From Octopus bimaculoides (Eukaryota), in NCBI RefSeq assembly GCF_001194135.2, contig NC_068985.1, positions 93,135,685 through 93,199,684 of the forward strand: DNA of 64,000 bases. Direction: 5' to 3'. The translations under genes were made by a program, and so were the position numbers. Below, one piece after another: positions 1-12,960 of this stretch (positions within the stretch are counted from its first letter, which is position 1; every line of letters begins with the position of its first letter). Below the pieces are notes generated by a model. The model did no database searches, had not been told where the DNA came from, and saw nothing but the letters and a program-made list of their open reading frames with translations.

Positions 1-452
1 CCCTCTATCTACATATGATTTCCAAAGGTCTCTCTTATTTTTTTCCTCTCTCCTTTCTCTCTACATTTGAATTCCTGGGGGAAAAAAGAAAAAGAATCTT
101 CTATCTTCATATGGTTTCAAAGTGATGCTGATATGAAATTTTTTCCAGTCTCGAATGAGTGTATGCATGTGTGTGTGTGTGTATATATATATATATGTAA
201 ATGAAAGAACATGTATATGTTTTAGTTGAATGTACTGAACCAGCTCAGTAGATATTATACGGCATCTGCAGCTGCTGGAAAAGCACAATTTAACCCAGCG
301 GAGATTTAAAGAAGAGCAAACTTCCTCTACGAATTCAACCAATCACAATGGAGGAATGACCGGCCATAAACTTATTCCTCCCAAATTGTAAACTAATTCT
401 GAGTAACCCAAAATCGATTCCTCAACACACAACAGTACCCCCCGCTACTCAC

Positions 453-633
453 CATCTCCACTCCAGAGTCCACTCTCAATACTCTGTAATGGAGTTACGT
501 ACCATACACAAAATGTTTTCATTATGATGAAACAGTTTGATGGGAAATACTTTGAGTTTGAACGTTTCATAAAGGGAAGACATAAATCCCTTTTACTAAT
601 TTTATAACTTAGTTTATTATTGAGACCTTCTTG
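453..633 (-). CDS. Candidate host coding exon (unidentified)
   Basis: 181-nt stop-free frame (QEGLNNKLSYKISKRDLCLPFMKRSNSKYFPSNCFIIMKTFCVWYVTPLQSIESGLWSGD) between a CAG acceptor and a consensus GATG|GTGAGT donor. No recognised homology. Confidence 0.2.
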
Positions 634-1755
634 CTGAAGTCACTAAAGTATCAGGGAAAACAACCGGCATGATAGACAGCCACTAAATATGGTTTGTAAT
701 GAAGAAAAGGGTAATTGGAGAACTGTCCAGATTAAAGAAGTCCAGTTTTCACCTTTTTTTTTATACTCATATTTACATACATTGAATTTTAATTGTTTAT
801 TGAACTATTCATGGAAACACACACACATATGTGAATGTATGTAGGTGTGTTGTGTATATATACACATTTACATATGTAAGTGTATATGTATATACATATG
901 TGTGTTGATACACATGCATAACATGAATATTTTGTTTGTTTTAAAAGGAAAATGAAATTTTATTTTATATGTTATAATTGTTTCCATTTGAAAAGAAAAG
1001 TTTTTTTCTTGTTAAATAAAAAGTATTTCCCCCCCTCCAGGAGGCCTTAAATAAATAGGTGTGTATAAGATTTTCTACATGAGCTGGTGTCAGTCTAACG
1101 AATAAAGGCACTGTGTCCATGTAAGTGACATTCTATCTACTCTGCTGCTCAGTTGGTGATGAAAACTGAAATCAGTATTGATACGTAGAGCATATGTGAC
1201 CATGATGATGTGTAGAACAACAGAAAAAAAAAACTTTAAAAAAAAACAAAAAAACAAATAATTGTTCATAAAATAAACCAAAGCCTGTCATGGCCTGAGA
1301 CCNNNNNNNNNNCCCCCCCCCCCACCAACTAAAGACATAGCAACTGATGACCTCTCTTTAGAATATGACTCCCCCCACCCAACTGTAGCAGGTGATGAAT
1401 AACTGCTGTGACAAAGCAACTATCTACAAGTGAGCAAATACATCATATAAAGAAAAGTATTTATATTAAAGTAATCTGCTTCCTGTTGTAATTTTGTTGT
1501 TGTCTTCAAATTTTATCAATGTATTTTGTTTATGAAATAATGTTTGTCTTTTAGCAACTACATCCAGAAAACAAGATCATGTCATGTCATATTTCTCTTG
1601 GAAGGAACCTTAAATGATTTCATATATATTTATATACAGCGGCAGATTGGGTGTAAAAATATTGGTTGCCTACCCGCAACTACAATGCTATCATTTAATA
1701 TTTTTTTTTTTTTTTGTTAAAAGTATACTTTCAAAATCTCTACAAACACAGCCGT

Positions 1756-2130
1756 GGAGGGGCAATAGCCCAGTGGTTAGGGCAGCGGTCATAGGATCGC
1801 GGTTTCAATTCCCAGACCAGGCGTTGTGAGTGTTTATTGAGCGAAAACACCTAAAAGCTCCACGAGGCTCCAACAGGGGATGGTGGCGAACCCTGCTGTA
1901 CTCTTCCACCACAACTTTCTCTCACTCTTTCTTCCTGTTTCTGTTGTGCCTGTAATTCAAAGGGTCAGCTTTGTCACACTCTGTGTCACGCTGAATATCC
2001 CCGAGAACTACGTTAAGGGTACATGTGTCTGTGGAGTGCTCAGCCACTTGCACATTAATTTCATGAGTAGGCTGTTCCGTTGATCGGATCAACTGGAACC
2101 CTCAACGTTGTAAGCGACGGAGTGCCAACA
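1756..2130 (+). mobile_element. tRNA-headed SINE family B (~370 bp)
   Basis: A-box-like TAGCCCAGTGG and B-box-like GTTTCAATTCC. Body matches copies at 35729-36105 and 60925-61248. Confidence 0.85.
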
Positions 2131-3489
2131 AATATACACAGCCAGGTGGAAATAATGCATTCTTCCAGGAGTGAATAAAAAATCCTCAGACTTGAAAGGA
2201 TGAGCTCCCATATATGGATTCTAATGGCACAGGCGCCCACTTGCCATTGGTCAAGCTGGCAACCTGGCCAGTCTGCCACTGTATACAGACACACACACAC
2301 ATTCAAACTTAAAATAAGAAGAGTACTGTACTCGACTTTCTTATCAACTGTTAGTCTTTGTAAAGACGAGTGTTAGCTGCTAAAACAGAAAGCAGTTTGT
2401 GCCTCTTCTGACACCTGAATCATTTCTATAGTTTCTTCGATATTAGTAAATGTTATAAAATAATGGTAAAAAATTACCTTGTCTTTTATGATATATGAAG
2501 TCTAGTGGAGTTTATAGCTTGGAGAATGCTATATATATATATATGTATGTGTATGTGTTCTCTTTTAGTAGGCATCAACAAAATAAAATACTTTTTTGTT
2601 TAAATTATATTTTTAATTCTATCTTAAAATTTTCTAAAATATGGTAGGTATTATGGGAAACTCAAATTAATATATTGAATAGGAAAGTAACGCTTTCCAG
2701 CCCAAGGATAAAATGTAGCTTTATTTCCCATCCAAACACAAGTTTAGTAAATTAGAAAATTGCAAACAATATTTGATTCTATTTCAATAAATTCATTTGA
2801 GATTTTTGTATCAACTCTAATACTGTGGAGTTAAAATACACTTTAAGTGAGAAGTATTGTCACAATAATTTGACAATAACTTGCATCACCTGATTGAAGT
2901 AAATAAATAGGAATCAACCTTGGGAGAATAATGAACAAATTTGTTTATTATTCTCCTAAAGAGTTTATTTTCACAATGTTGTTTCTACCAGATAGAACCT
3001 TGTCTTTTAATGTCCACTTTTCCAGGCTTGCACTGGAGCCGATGGAATGAGCTGAGGCAGATTTTCTACAGCCAGATGCCATTTCTGTTGCCACTCATCA
3101 CCCATTTCCATGTTTGGTAATATTTCCCAACAGCTAGACAGGTTTTCATTGGAAGACCAGATACAAACATTGCTTGCACACCGACAGTCGTATACAACTA
3201 TTGTGTGATGCCAAGAAGATAAACACACACACAAAAGGATTCCTTCGGCTTCTGTCTATCAGATCCTCTCACAAGGTTTTGGTCAGCCTAAAGTTAAACT
3301 AGAAAGCACTGTGCAGTGAGACTGAACCGAAAACCCTGTAGTTGGGAAACAAATTTCTTAACCACATAGACATGTGTATGTATAAATATATACATAGACT
3401 CTCAAGGCGTCTGTAAGCTCCAAGTGCAATTTTAAATTCTTGTAGCTTTGTATCTATACATTTACAGAGAGAAGAGCACAACAAAGACA

Positions 3490-4570
3490 ACATTTAACAA
3501 ATGTATTAGCTTAATGCTTAATAAGAAGGGTCTTGATATTTTGGGTGTTAGTCCTTCATCAGAAAAAAAATACACGAATGTGAAAGGGGTTAGGAACCAT
3601 GTGGGAAAACCATTATGGGAGAGTTAGGAAATGAGGCTGGTTTGTGTATGCATATGTAGGAGGGTATCCATGTATAGAGATGGGCATAAAGATGTACTAC
3701 AGAGTATATGGAGGTAAGTATGGAAGTGTAGTAGCATGCGGTTGTGTAGATGTAATCGTGAGGAAGGCAAAGTGGAGGATGCAGCAGGTGTGAATATGAA
3801 GCAAAAAAAGGGAAGGTAAGTATTTGACAAAAAAGAAAAGAAAACGTTGATTAAAAAAGTAAATACTGGAAAAAAACAGATTTATTTTTTAGTGGAATAA
3901 AACTATTCCACACTTGTGGAAGTTATGTAACAGGTACAATGTCTGGTAAAAGTAATAAAAGAAAGGAAAAAAAAGAGATAAGAGAAGTTTGTTGAAGTGG
4001 ACATAGACAGGAAAAAAAAAAACAAGCAATTTGTGGTTAAAGTGTAAAGAAAAACTATATATTGGAATTTTTTTTTTTGATGAAAATTTGAAGGTAAAAA
4101 AACAAACAAAAATATGAAAAATAAAAGAAGCACAAGTGTCAGAGTTAGAAAAGATAACTGCAAATTGTTCATTGCGTGTGTTGTAGGGGGACAGTGAAAG
4201 TAGAGAGAAAAGTGTTATTTTGTAGATGGGATTTTTGGAAAACTAGCATGTGATACGGTACGAAAGAGTATTAAAATGGTGAAGTGGTAAGACCCTGTGG
4301 TATATTCCAGAGGGGAAATCAATCAGCACATGGTCCTGCAACCACCCCACCTCTTCTCTCTCAGTGTGTGTGTGGTGTTCTCTATATGCAAAGTCACATG
4401 ATCCAACTCAATGGACAGAACCATGTAAGCAAGGCGAGAAGACAAATGTGGGAAATTGGAGTCCCAGTATGATAGGACCATGTGACATGCCTCAGATACC
4501 TACATACATGAATGTCTAGGAAAGACTGCAATACAGTAACTAACCCCGACATACACCCTATGCTTCCTGA
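3490..4570 (-). mobile_element. Decayed Penelope-like element (GIY-YIG remnant plus 3' end with decayed hammerhead)
   Basis: Minus-strand HILCSTSLCPSLYMD resembles the GIY-YIG segment IIYCISCSLCPSLYIG. It is followed by an FPHG remnant and TCTGATGAAGG...CCCAAAATATCAAGA at 3531-3566. Confidence 0.55.
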
Positions 4571-4597
4571 AATTCACCAACACTACACCTGATATCT

Positions 4598-4970
4598 CTC
4601 TTTACTTGTTTCAGTCGTTTGACTGTGGCCATGCTGGAGCACCACCTTTAGTCGAGCAAATCGACTCCAGGACTTATTCTTTGGAAGCCTAGTACTTATT
4701 CTATCAGTCTCTTTTGCCAACTGCTAAGTTACTGGTACGTAAACACACCAGCATCGGTTGTCAGGCGATGTTGGGGGGGGGGGGCAAACACAGACACATA
4801 TGCATATATACGGCAGACTTCCCTCAGTTTCCGTCTACCAAATCCACTCACAAGACTTTGGTCGGCCCAAGGCTATAGTAGAAGACACTTGCCGAAGGTG
4901 CCACGCAGTGGGACTGAACCCAGAACCATGTGGTTCGTAAGCAAGCTACTTACCACACAGCCACTCCTGC
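4598..4970 (-). mobile_element. tRNA-headed SINE family A (~380 bp), near full length
   Basis: Reverse complement of GGAGTGGCTGTGTGGTAAG...GGTTCAGTCCC head, (TA/TG)n middle and CAAGTAAAGAG tail. More than 12 copies in the window. Confidence 0.9.
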
Positions 4971-5851
4971 ACCTATACTTAAAAAAAAATATAGACACAG
5001 ACATGGCTAGGTGGTAAGATCCTTACTTCTCAACCACACGGCTCTGGGTTCACTTTCACTGCATGACATCTTGAGCAAGCAGTGACTTCTTGCAGGTAGA
5101 TACGCATGCACGTATGTATATCATGACTCATACACAGTTCACTTTCCTGACTTTTGTACATAATTCTATTTGCTGTACATGCACCTTTGACGAGTTGTAG
5201 TGCACCTGAGCATTATACACACAATAATTTCAATCTTATTATTATTAATAAACAGTGGGAGAAAAATTACTTTGAATTTGCAGTTAAAAGTTACTTGCGG
5301 CCAATACAGCACCAAGAAAACTTGTGATGAAGTAGTAAGATCAGATCCGAGAATATTAAGTCTGGAACTTTAGGAATTAAAGGACTGATATATACATATG
5401 AAGAAACTGTGTATTGTAAACCTGGTCAATTTCCTTCATTACATAGAGTCTATACTTCAGTTCTGTATAACTAATATCAGCAATTAGATGTTATATATTG
5501 CAGAGCTGTCCGCAATATGTTGTCATGTAAAAATGATGAAGTGTAGGTCTGTCAAAAGCATGTCACTGAGTCATGATTATGTATTACAGATCAGTTCATC
5601 CTGTGCTGCTTTAGCAATGGTGTTTACGATTCACTAATTAGGTTGTTAATCTCATCTTGTGATTGACACATTCTGGATATGTTAATTACTATTTTATCGA
5701 AAGTGAGGTATGAGTGTTCAGTCACAAAGACAGAAGCGATTCCAACAAAGTTGAAGTAATAAGAAGAGGATAACATTCAGGCAAGTAACACAATATTGAA
5801 CTGGAAAGTCACAAGGCACAGACGCATGCATGGCACATGCACAAAATATAT

Positions 5852-6415
5852 GCAGGAGTGGCTGTGTGGTAAGTAGCTTGCTTACCAACCACATGGTTCC
5901 GGGTTCAGTCCCACTGCGTGGCACCTTGGGCAAGTGTCTTCTACTTTAGCCTCAAGCTGACCAAATCCTTGTGAGTGGATTTGGTAGATGGAAACTGAAA
6001 GAAGCCTGTCGTATATATGCATATATATATATATGTATGTGTGCATGTGTATATGTTTGTGTTGCTTGACAACCGATGCTGGTGTGTTTATGTCCCCGTA
6101 ATCTAGTGGTTCGGCGAAAGAGACTGATAGAATAAGTACTAGGCTTCCAAGGAATAAGTCCTGGGGTTGATTTGCTCGACTAAAAGGAAGTGCTCCAGCA
6201 TGGCTGCAGTCAAATGACTGAAACAAGTAAAAGAGAATACATAGATAAAAAGCACCCCGCACACTGTAAAGTGGATGGCATTTGAAAGGGCATCCAGTCA
6301 TAGAAACCATGCCAAAATATATGATTGGAGCCTGATGCAACCCTCTGGCTTGCCAGCTCCTATCAAACGGTCTAACCCATGCCAGCATGGAAAACAGAAG
6401 TTAAATGATGATATA
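5852..6415 (+). mobile_element. SINE family A followed by a second repeat module ending CCATGCCAGCATGGAAAA...TGATGAT
   Basis: Full family A copy at 5852-6235. The downstream module also occurs at ~12800-12960, 17120-17310 and 32960-33125. Confidence 0.85.
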
Positions 6416-6556
6416 TGATATGCCCATACACACACACACACACACTCCCATACTCTTTTGCAACCACTACCCTCCTGCATTTCTTATTCTCCTATTGCCA
6501 CTCACCTGGTGTCTTGAGGGTAAACCTTGACACCTCATTACAACTATTTTCTTTGT

Positions 6557-6853
6557 AAGCCTAGTACTTATTCTATCTGTCCCTTTTGCTGAACCGCTAA
6601 GTTACGGGGACGAAAACACACCAGCGTTGGTTGTCAAGCGATATTGAGGGGACAAACACAGACACACAAACATATACGCACATGTACATATATATAAGAT
6701 GGGCTTCTTTCAGTTTCCATCTACCAAATCCACTCACAAGGCTTTGGTTGGCCCAAGGCTATAGTAGAAGACATTTGCCCAAGGTGCCACACAGTGGGAC
6801 TGAACCTGGAACTGTATGGTTGGTAAGCAAGCTACTTACCACACAGCCACTCC
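6557..6853 (-). mobile_element. SINE family A, 3'-truncated
   Basis: High similarity to the other family A copies. Confidence 0.85.
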
Positions 6854-7599
6854 GACACCTTCCAGTTTCCATTTACTAATTCCACTCCCATGGTCTATGC
6901 GATGTAGCAGAGGACATTTGTTCAAGGTGCCAGGCAGGGGGTTGAACCCAAACCACATGACTGAGAAGCAAACTTCTCACCCACACAGCCATTCCAGTGA
7001 CTGATGATTAATGTGATCAATTAAATTAGCTCCCAGATATTGACTGGCGATTATTTTATTAATCTCAGAGAAATGAAAAAGCAGAATAGATTCCAGCAGG
7101 GTTTGAACTCAAAACATAAAAAGATGTAATTAATTATCACCCAATTCTGCTGCATCCGGTAATATTTATCGTCCTTCACGAGTTTCATGCAGAAATCAAT
7201 ACATTAGTCTTCTATTGTATAAATAATGGATTTCATTATTTATAATCTATTATTGTTGCATTATTTGATGAGAAACTAGATTGATATTTCTTGATTTGTC
7301 AGAACTTATAACGAGTAAATAATTTGGTTGAGTCGTTAGGAAGAAGAAAAAGAAAAGATCATGGCTCTTCATCCCAAATGGCTTCTTCTGATTCATTAAA
7401 TGTTTATCAAGAAATTAACATCGTTAATAAATTACCTTTATCTAGAAATATTCCTATCAATAAACGATCTTTGCTTACTCACAAGAGTTTTAACTTAGAG
7501 AAATGAAAGATATTTGCAATTATCGTTATCTTCCTTTTCCCCATCTGACATCTGTTTCCACCGAATAATTAGGAAAGGCAATGTTGAGGTGCAGGCATG

Positions 7600-7760
7600 G
7601 CAACGTCAGTGAGGAGCAGGGTTTGAGAAATTTGCTTCCCAACCACATGGTTCCAGGTTCAGCCCTATTGTATGGCACCTTGAGAAAGTGCCTTCTGCTA
7701 TAGCCTCAGGCTGGCCAAAACTTTGTGAGTGGATTTGGTAGATGGAAACTGTTTACGACA
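7600..7760 (+). mobile_element. SINE family A-related head fragment
   Basis: CCCAACCACATGGTTCCAGGTTCAG...GTGAGTGGATTTGGTAGATGGAAACTG. Confidence 0.7.
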
Positions 7761-8342
7761 CTGCTTGTATGGCAGTGACACTTGTTTACGACCATTACAT
7801 AATGTCAAGACAAGGAGACAGACAGACAGACACACTAACATGCATGTGTCTTGATATCTCCGTCTTGACAGTATGAGAGATTGTCACAGTCATACAGGCA
7901 GCATCATTCATTTCTGAGATTATAGAAAAGAAACAAAAAAATACATGTCTAGCCATGGGAAAATCTTATCTTCATTTTGAAAGAGGTGAGGGTTAGTGAC
8001 AGGAAGGGCACCTGACCATCAATGACCTTCCTCAATAGACTCTGTTGAAGCTAGGATAGCATGGAAAAGTAGACATGACGAGGATGAGAATGATGACGAC
8101 GATGATGATCATGATGAGGATGATGAAGTTACTCTCATGTTTGTTTCATCATTTGATAGCAATATCAGATACTTCAGAGATTTATAAAGCATTTTTTTTA
8201 TTTCATGCTGTTATTTCTGCCACCTATTAACCATAGATTATGTTCAAGGTCACCACATGAGAACTGAAATATGTTACACAAATAGGAAAATGAAATAGAA
8301 TTATGCTTAGACTAAACAAAACCAAAAACCAAGAGATTCTAA

Positions 8343-8535
8343 CCTTTTGATACCAATCAATGCAGATTTCAACCCTTTGGTTCTATGATACAAATTCCCT
8401 GTTTTAAAGCCATCCTTCCAACAAAATTTGTTCATTTATATTCCAAACACTATATTGATAATGAGAGTTATTTTAATAAATTCATTATTATTTCGAAAAT
8501 TAATTGAAACAAAGGCAGTGTATTTCAATTGAAAA
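8343..8535. mobile_element. piggyBac-like MITE type 1 fragment
   Basis: Matches the outer element at 11253-11741. Confidence 0.55.
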
Positions 8536-9240
8536 AATGGAAAGAGAGGACTAAAGTAAACCTAACAGGAAAGAAGAGAGAACACTACAGCTGTCTGCTA
8601 CCAGGTGTCCACTGCCATGGAAGTGGTCAAATTCAATAAGCAGAAAAAGTATTCTTTTACTCTTTTACTTGTTTCTGTCATTTGACTATGGTCATGCTGG
8701 ATGCCCTTCTTAATGCCAACCACTCCTAGAGTATAATGGGTGCTTTTACATGCCACTGGCACGAGTGCCATTTCTGTGACACCACTATCTACCATGACTG
8801 ATTTTACTTGACTTGATGGGTCTTCTCAAGCATGGCATAATGCCAAAGGTCTCGGTCATTCATCATTGCCTCTGAGAGACCCAACACTCAAAAGGAGCTC
8901 TACATGTGCCACTGGCATCGATCACTTTGCCTCCATGAGGCCCAATGCTCAAAAGGTGCTTTTTATGTGCAACACTGACCTTGTTTAACATTTAGGTTTA
9001 AATTAGGTCAATGTTCAAATATCAGAATTATTGAAAAAGAAACTGACCGTTTTAGTGGTGAGCATCAGAAAAATGGTAAAAATTGAAGTTGGAATAATTC
9101 AAGGCTGGGTTTAGATACGGCAAGACTCTAAATTACGAGATCCTGGATTTAATTCGAAAAATTAACAATTAGATCCTCTACAGAGAACCAAGATTAATAA
9201 CATGTAATCCTGGTAATGTAGGTTAGCCATAGAAAGGTTT

Positions 9241-9461
9241 ATCTTTTAGCATTTAAACTGGTCATATACAGCCAAAATATCCCATCTGTTTTATGTTCAA
9301 ACTCACCAGATCTGGCCTCTCACACTAACCTTACAATGTCATTCTAAAAATTAACAGTTGCTTCATCAAAACCTCAAAGCTACAAGATTATGCATAATTA
9401 ATTCAAAGCAATGTGAACAAATGAGCGTTACATCTGATAGAGTGATTAGAACGCTATAGGG
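9241..9461. mobile_element. piggyBac-like MITE type 2 (~220 bp)
   Basis: Ends ...GCTATAGGG|TTAA. Related copies at 11470-11645 and ~29995-30205. Confidence 0.65.
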
Positions 9462-10533
9462 TTAATAATATAGACTTAATTATCAATGTATAGTTGATTA
9501 TTAATTCATAGTTAATTATTCATTATGGAAAGCATTTATCAATGAGAGAATAATACTGAAAATTTGTTCTCAGTTGCTAAAATGACAATGTCTTTTACTC
9601 CAAAGTAAAATCAACATAACTACCACTACCACGCCCAGTATCCTCCTCCTCCTCATCATCATCATCACTGTTTTAACATCCACTTTTCTAGGCTTGTATG
9701 GGTCAGATGGGATTTGTTGAGGTAAATTTTTTTTTCTTTTATGGTCAAATGCCTTTCCTGTTGCCAATCTTCATCTATTTCCAAATAAGGGAATATTTTA
9801 CCCATGGCCAGAATGTTTTTGCAGAAGATTAGCAACAAAGACCACGACTTGTATGACCTGACACTCATTCGTTTATCATGATCACACCATGTCAAGACAT
9901 GAAGACCGTAACACACACACACACACACACACATTCACATGATAGGGGTCTTTCAATTACAAGGCTTTGGTTGCCTCAGATATCATAAAGAAGACACCTA
10001 CTCAAGATGCTGTGTTGTGGGGTTAAACCAGAAACCATTTGGTTGTGAAACAAACCCCCTAACCACACACCTATTCCTGTCTTGTAAATTCATATCAGTC
10101 AGAAAAATAATTACTTATAACAAAATTGTAAAAATAATTTGAGACAGAGAAACTTAAAGTATTTTGTTTTGCTAATACTTAAATCCGAGATCAGGAATCA
10201 AATTGGATTTTATGTGGGCGGAAATCTGGAAGAAGAATCTTCAGATACAAAAATTGCAGAAAAATTCAGATGAACTAAAATTTATGTCTGTCTATAAAAT
10301 TCTCATCAATTTCTTATCTACTTTTTCATGCTACCATGGCTTAGACGGAGCTTATTCAAAGAGATTTTCTACAGCTGGATGCCCTTCATGTTGCCAAGGT
10401 AACATCTCTTGTTGGCCAGACAAGTTTTTGCAGAATGTTTGGAATGAAGGAGATTCATTTACAATCATGTGATGTCAAGACAAGGGGACAAACATATTTC
10501 CCATGTGAATCTATATACTACTAAAATTCTCAG

Positions 10534-10730
10534 AAGGTATTTTTCGATATTATTATCATTGTTATTATTATTATAAATAATAACATTGAAAAATACCTTA
10601 GGAATGAGAACCCAGGTTTGAAATTTTCCCAAGACACCTGATGAAGGCTGGAGGGTATATCAGCCGAAATGTTGTCTTAACAACAAACAAGATGAGGGAA
10701 AATATCTGTTAAATGTAAATAATGTAAATA
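10534..10730 (+). mobile_element. Hammerhead-bearing SINE tail with 5' inverted segment
   Basis: GACAC CTGATGA A GGCTG gagggtatat CAGCC GAAAT GTT at 10633-10673. Segment 10534-10574 is an inverted copy of the adjacent linker. Confidence 0.8.
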
Positions 10731-11252
10731 AAGCAAAACATATTGGAAACAAATTGTGTGGTTAAAAAAAAAGGAATAAAAAGACTATAGTAGACAATAA
10801 ACAAAAAAAATTCTGAAGGAATTTGAGTATCACTTTTGGAAGAAGACTGGATTAAGATTAAAGAATATTCCCTAAAAGTAAGAGAAGAATAAAATATCAT
10901 CCAAGAAAATGAGTGAAAGAAATTGTAGAAGTCCCAACAGTTGATTGTTAAAGACATGTGGTAGGAGGTGAACCGTCTTTGAAAAAATGTGTGAAAGGAT
11001 ATTGGAAGGAGGCACTTAGTTAGCTTTCCAAGATATATATGTGTCCTCCCAGACATTCAGGTTGAGCTCAGCCTCATCAAATTCCACCAGTGTGGGTTGG
11101 AGTGTGATGGAGAGATATGGAAATGTGATGGACATTGCCCTGTCTCTCAACTCGATAGAAGGTAAATGATATTTGGACAACTGTTGGTGGTTAGATGAGT
11201 TCTAAATGCAAATGAGTTGAGGGGAATAAATAAAGGACTCTTTAAACCTTAA

Positions 11253-11741
11253 CTCTTTCGATACCAACCCTGAATTCTACGATACAAATTCAGTTTTCAA
11301 ATGATCTTAATGGAGACCTTGCATCAAAATCTCTTGTTAATTGATATACCAAACACCAACTTAATTATTATTTACATTTGATGTATATTTGTCCTCATCT
11401 TTTTTGTTGTCAAGTGTAAATGATGTACATAATTCCTCATCTCTTAAATACAGAACTATACCAACTTAATCCTTTAGCACTCAGATTTCTCCATCAAATG
11501 TAATCCTTATTTATTCACATTGTTTTGAATTAATCATGGATTATCTTATAGTCTCCAGGCATCAATGATGTGATTGTTTATTTTTAGAATGACATTGTAG
11601 GGTAGGTGTGAAAGGCTGGATTTAGCTGGTTTGAACGCTAAAGGGTTAATAACAATAGATTTACATCAATAAATTCTTCGTTATTTTCAAAATTAATTAA
11701 AACAAAAGCATAGTGATTTCAACAATATAGTAACAAAAGGG
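11253..11741. mobile_element. piggyBac-like MITE type 1 with two nested insertions
   Basis: TTAA|CTCTTTCG...CAAAAGGG|TTAA termini. Contains a retroposed fragment (11365-11459) and MITE type 2 (11470-11645, TTAA-flanked). Confidence 0.7.
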
Positions 11742-12412
11742 TTAAGTCTGTTTTACTATTGTTTAGACAAGTGACATCATCATCATCATCAACAACATCA
11801 TCATCACCACCAACATCACACTGACTTCAACATGTGAACAACAGCAGCTTTTACATTGAAATTGAGATGGTTTGCAGTCTGGAGAGCTAAGATGAATTAG
11901 GAATGGAAGGTGAGGCCTTTGGTCGAGTCCTTTTATCTGTGGAGAGGGGTGGTGGCGGGGGATCAAGGTTGGAGCAAATGACACGGATGCTGGGGAAGAG
12001 ATCAGAGAACTGATATTTCTATTGTTCATCGTCATCACCATCATCACAGTAGTCATCATCACCATCATCATTATTGTCATTATTATCAACCCAGTAGTTG
12101 TCATCATTCCATCAGTCTTATCTTCCGGTTTGTCATCATTATCATCACCGCTACTATCCTCCACTCTCTCTCTCTCTCTCTCTCTCTCCCACCTTCCTCT
12201 TCTTCCTTCTACTCAACAAAGCCGAGTATCTCCTTGATACTATGGGGTTACCTCTGTCCCTCTATCATACTCTGATCTCTCAGTTCCACCCCGTCTCGCA
12301 GCTGAGAGGCCCTTGTCTTGCCGGTTTGTGAGTGCTGGTGCCACATGAAAAGCAACTGTGCCACGCAAAGAGCAACGGTGCTGGTGCCACATATATAAAG
12401 CACATGCCAGTA

Positions 12413-12960
12413 TAGGAGTGGCTGTGTGGTAAATATGGTTCCGGGTTCAGTCCCACTGCGGGGCACCTTGAGCAAGTGTCTTCTACTATAGCCTCGGGCC
12501 GACCAAAGCCTTGTGAGTGGATTTGGTAGATGGAAACTGAAAGAAGCCCATCATATATATGTATGTATATACGTGTGTGTGTGTTTATGTGTCTGCGTTT
12601 GTCCCCCCAACATCGCTTGACAACCGATGCTGGTGTGTTTACGTGTCCGTAACTTAGAGGTCCAGCAAAAGAGACCGATAGAATAAGTACTAGGCATACA
12701 AAGAATAAATCCTGGGGTCGATTTGCTCGACTAAAGGCGGTGCTCCAGCGTGGCTGCAGTCAAATGACTGAAACAAATAAAAGAGGGAGTAAAGAGTATA
12801 CTCTGTAAAGTCGGCTGACAATTAGGAAGGGCATCCAGCTGTAGAAACCATGTGAAAGCAAACATCTGGAGCCTGGTGTAGCTCTCCTGTCAAACTGTCC
12901 AACCCATGCCAGCATGGAAAACAGGCATTAGATGACGATGATGACGATGATGATGATCAT
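12413..12960 (+). mobile_element. SINE family A plus downstream module
   Basis: Near full-length family A copy at 12413-12785, followed by the GGGCATCCAGCTGTAGAAACC module. Confidence 0.85.

Noticed and set aside
5882-6388. 168-aa minus-strand ORF
   Set aside because: Lies wholly within SINE family A and its downstream module.
7324-7506. 60-aa ORF with a KRK basic patch
   Set aside because: TTG start, no convincing splice sites and no recognised homology.
10203-10472. 89-aa ORF
   Set aside because: The 3' half is SINE-derived; the 5' part has no usable acceptor.
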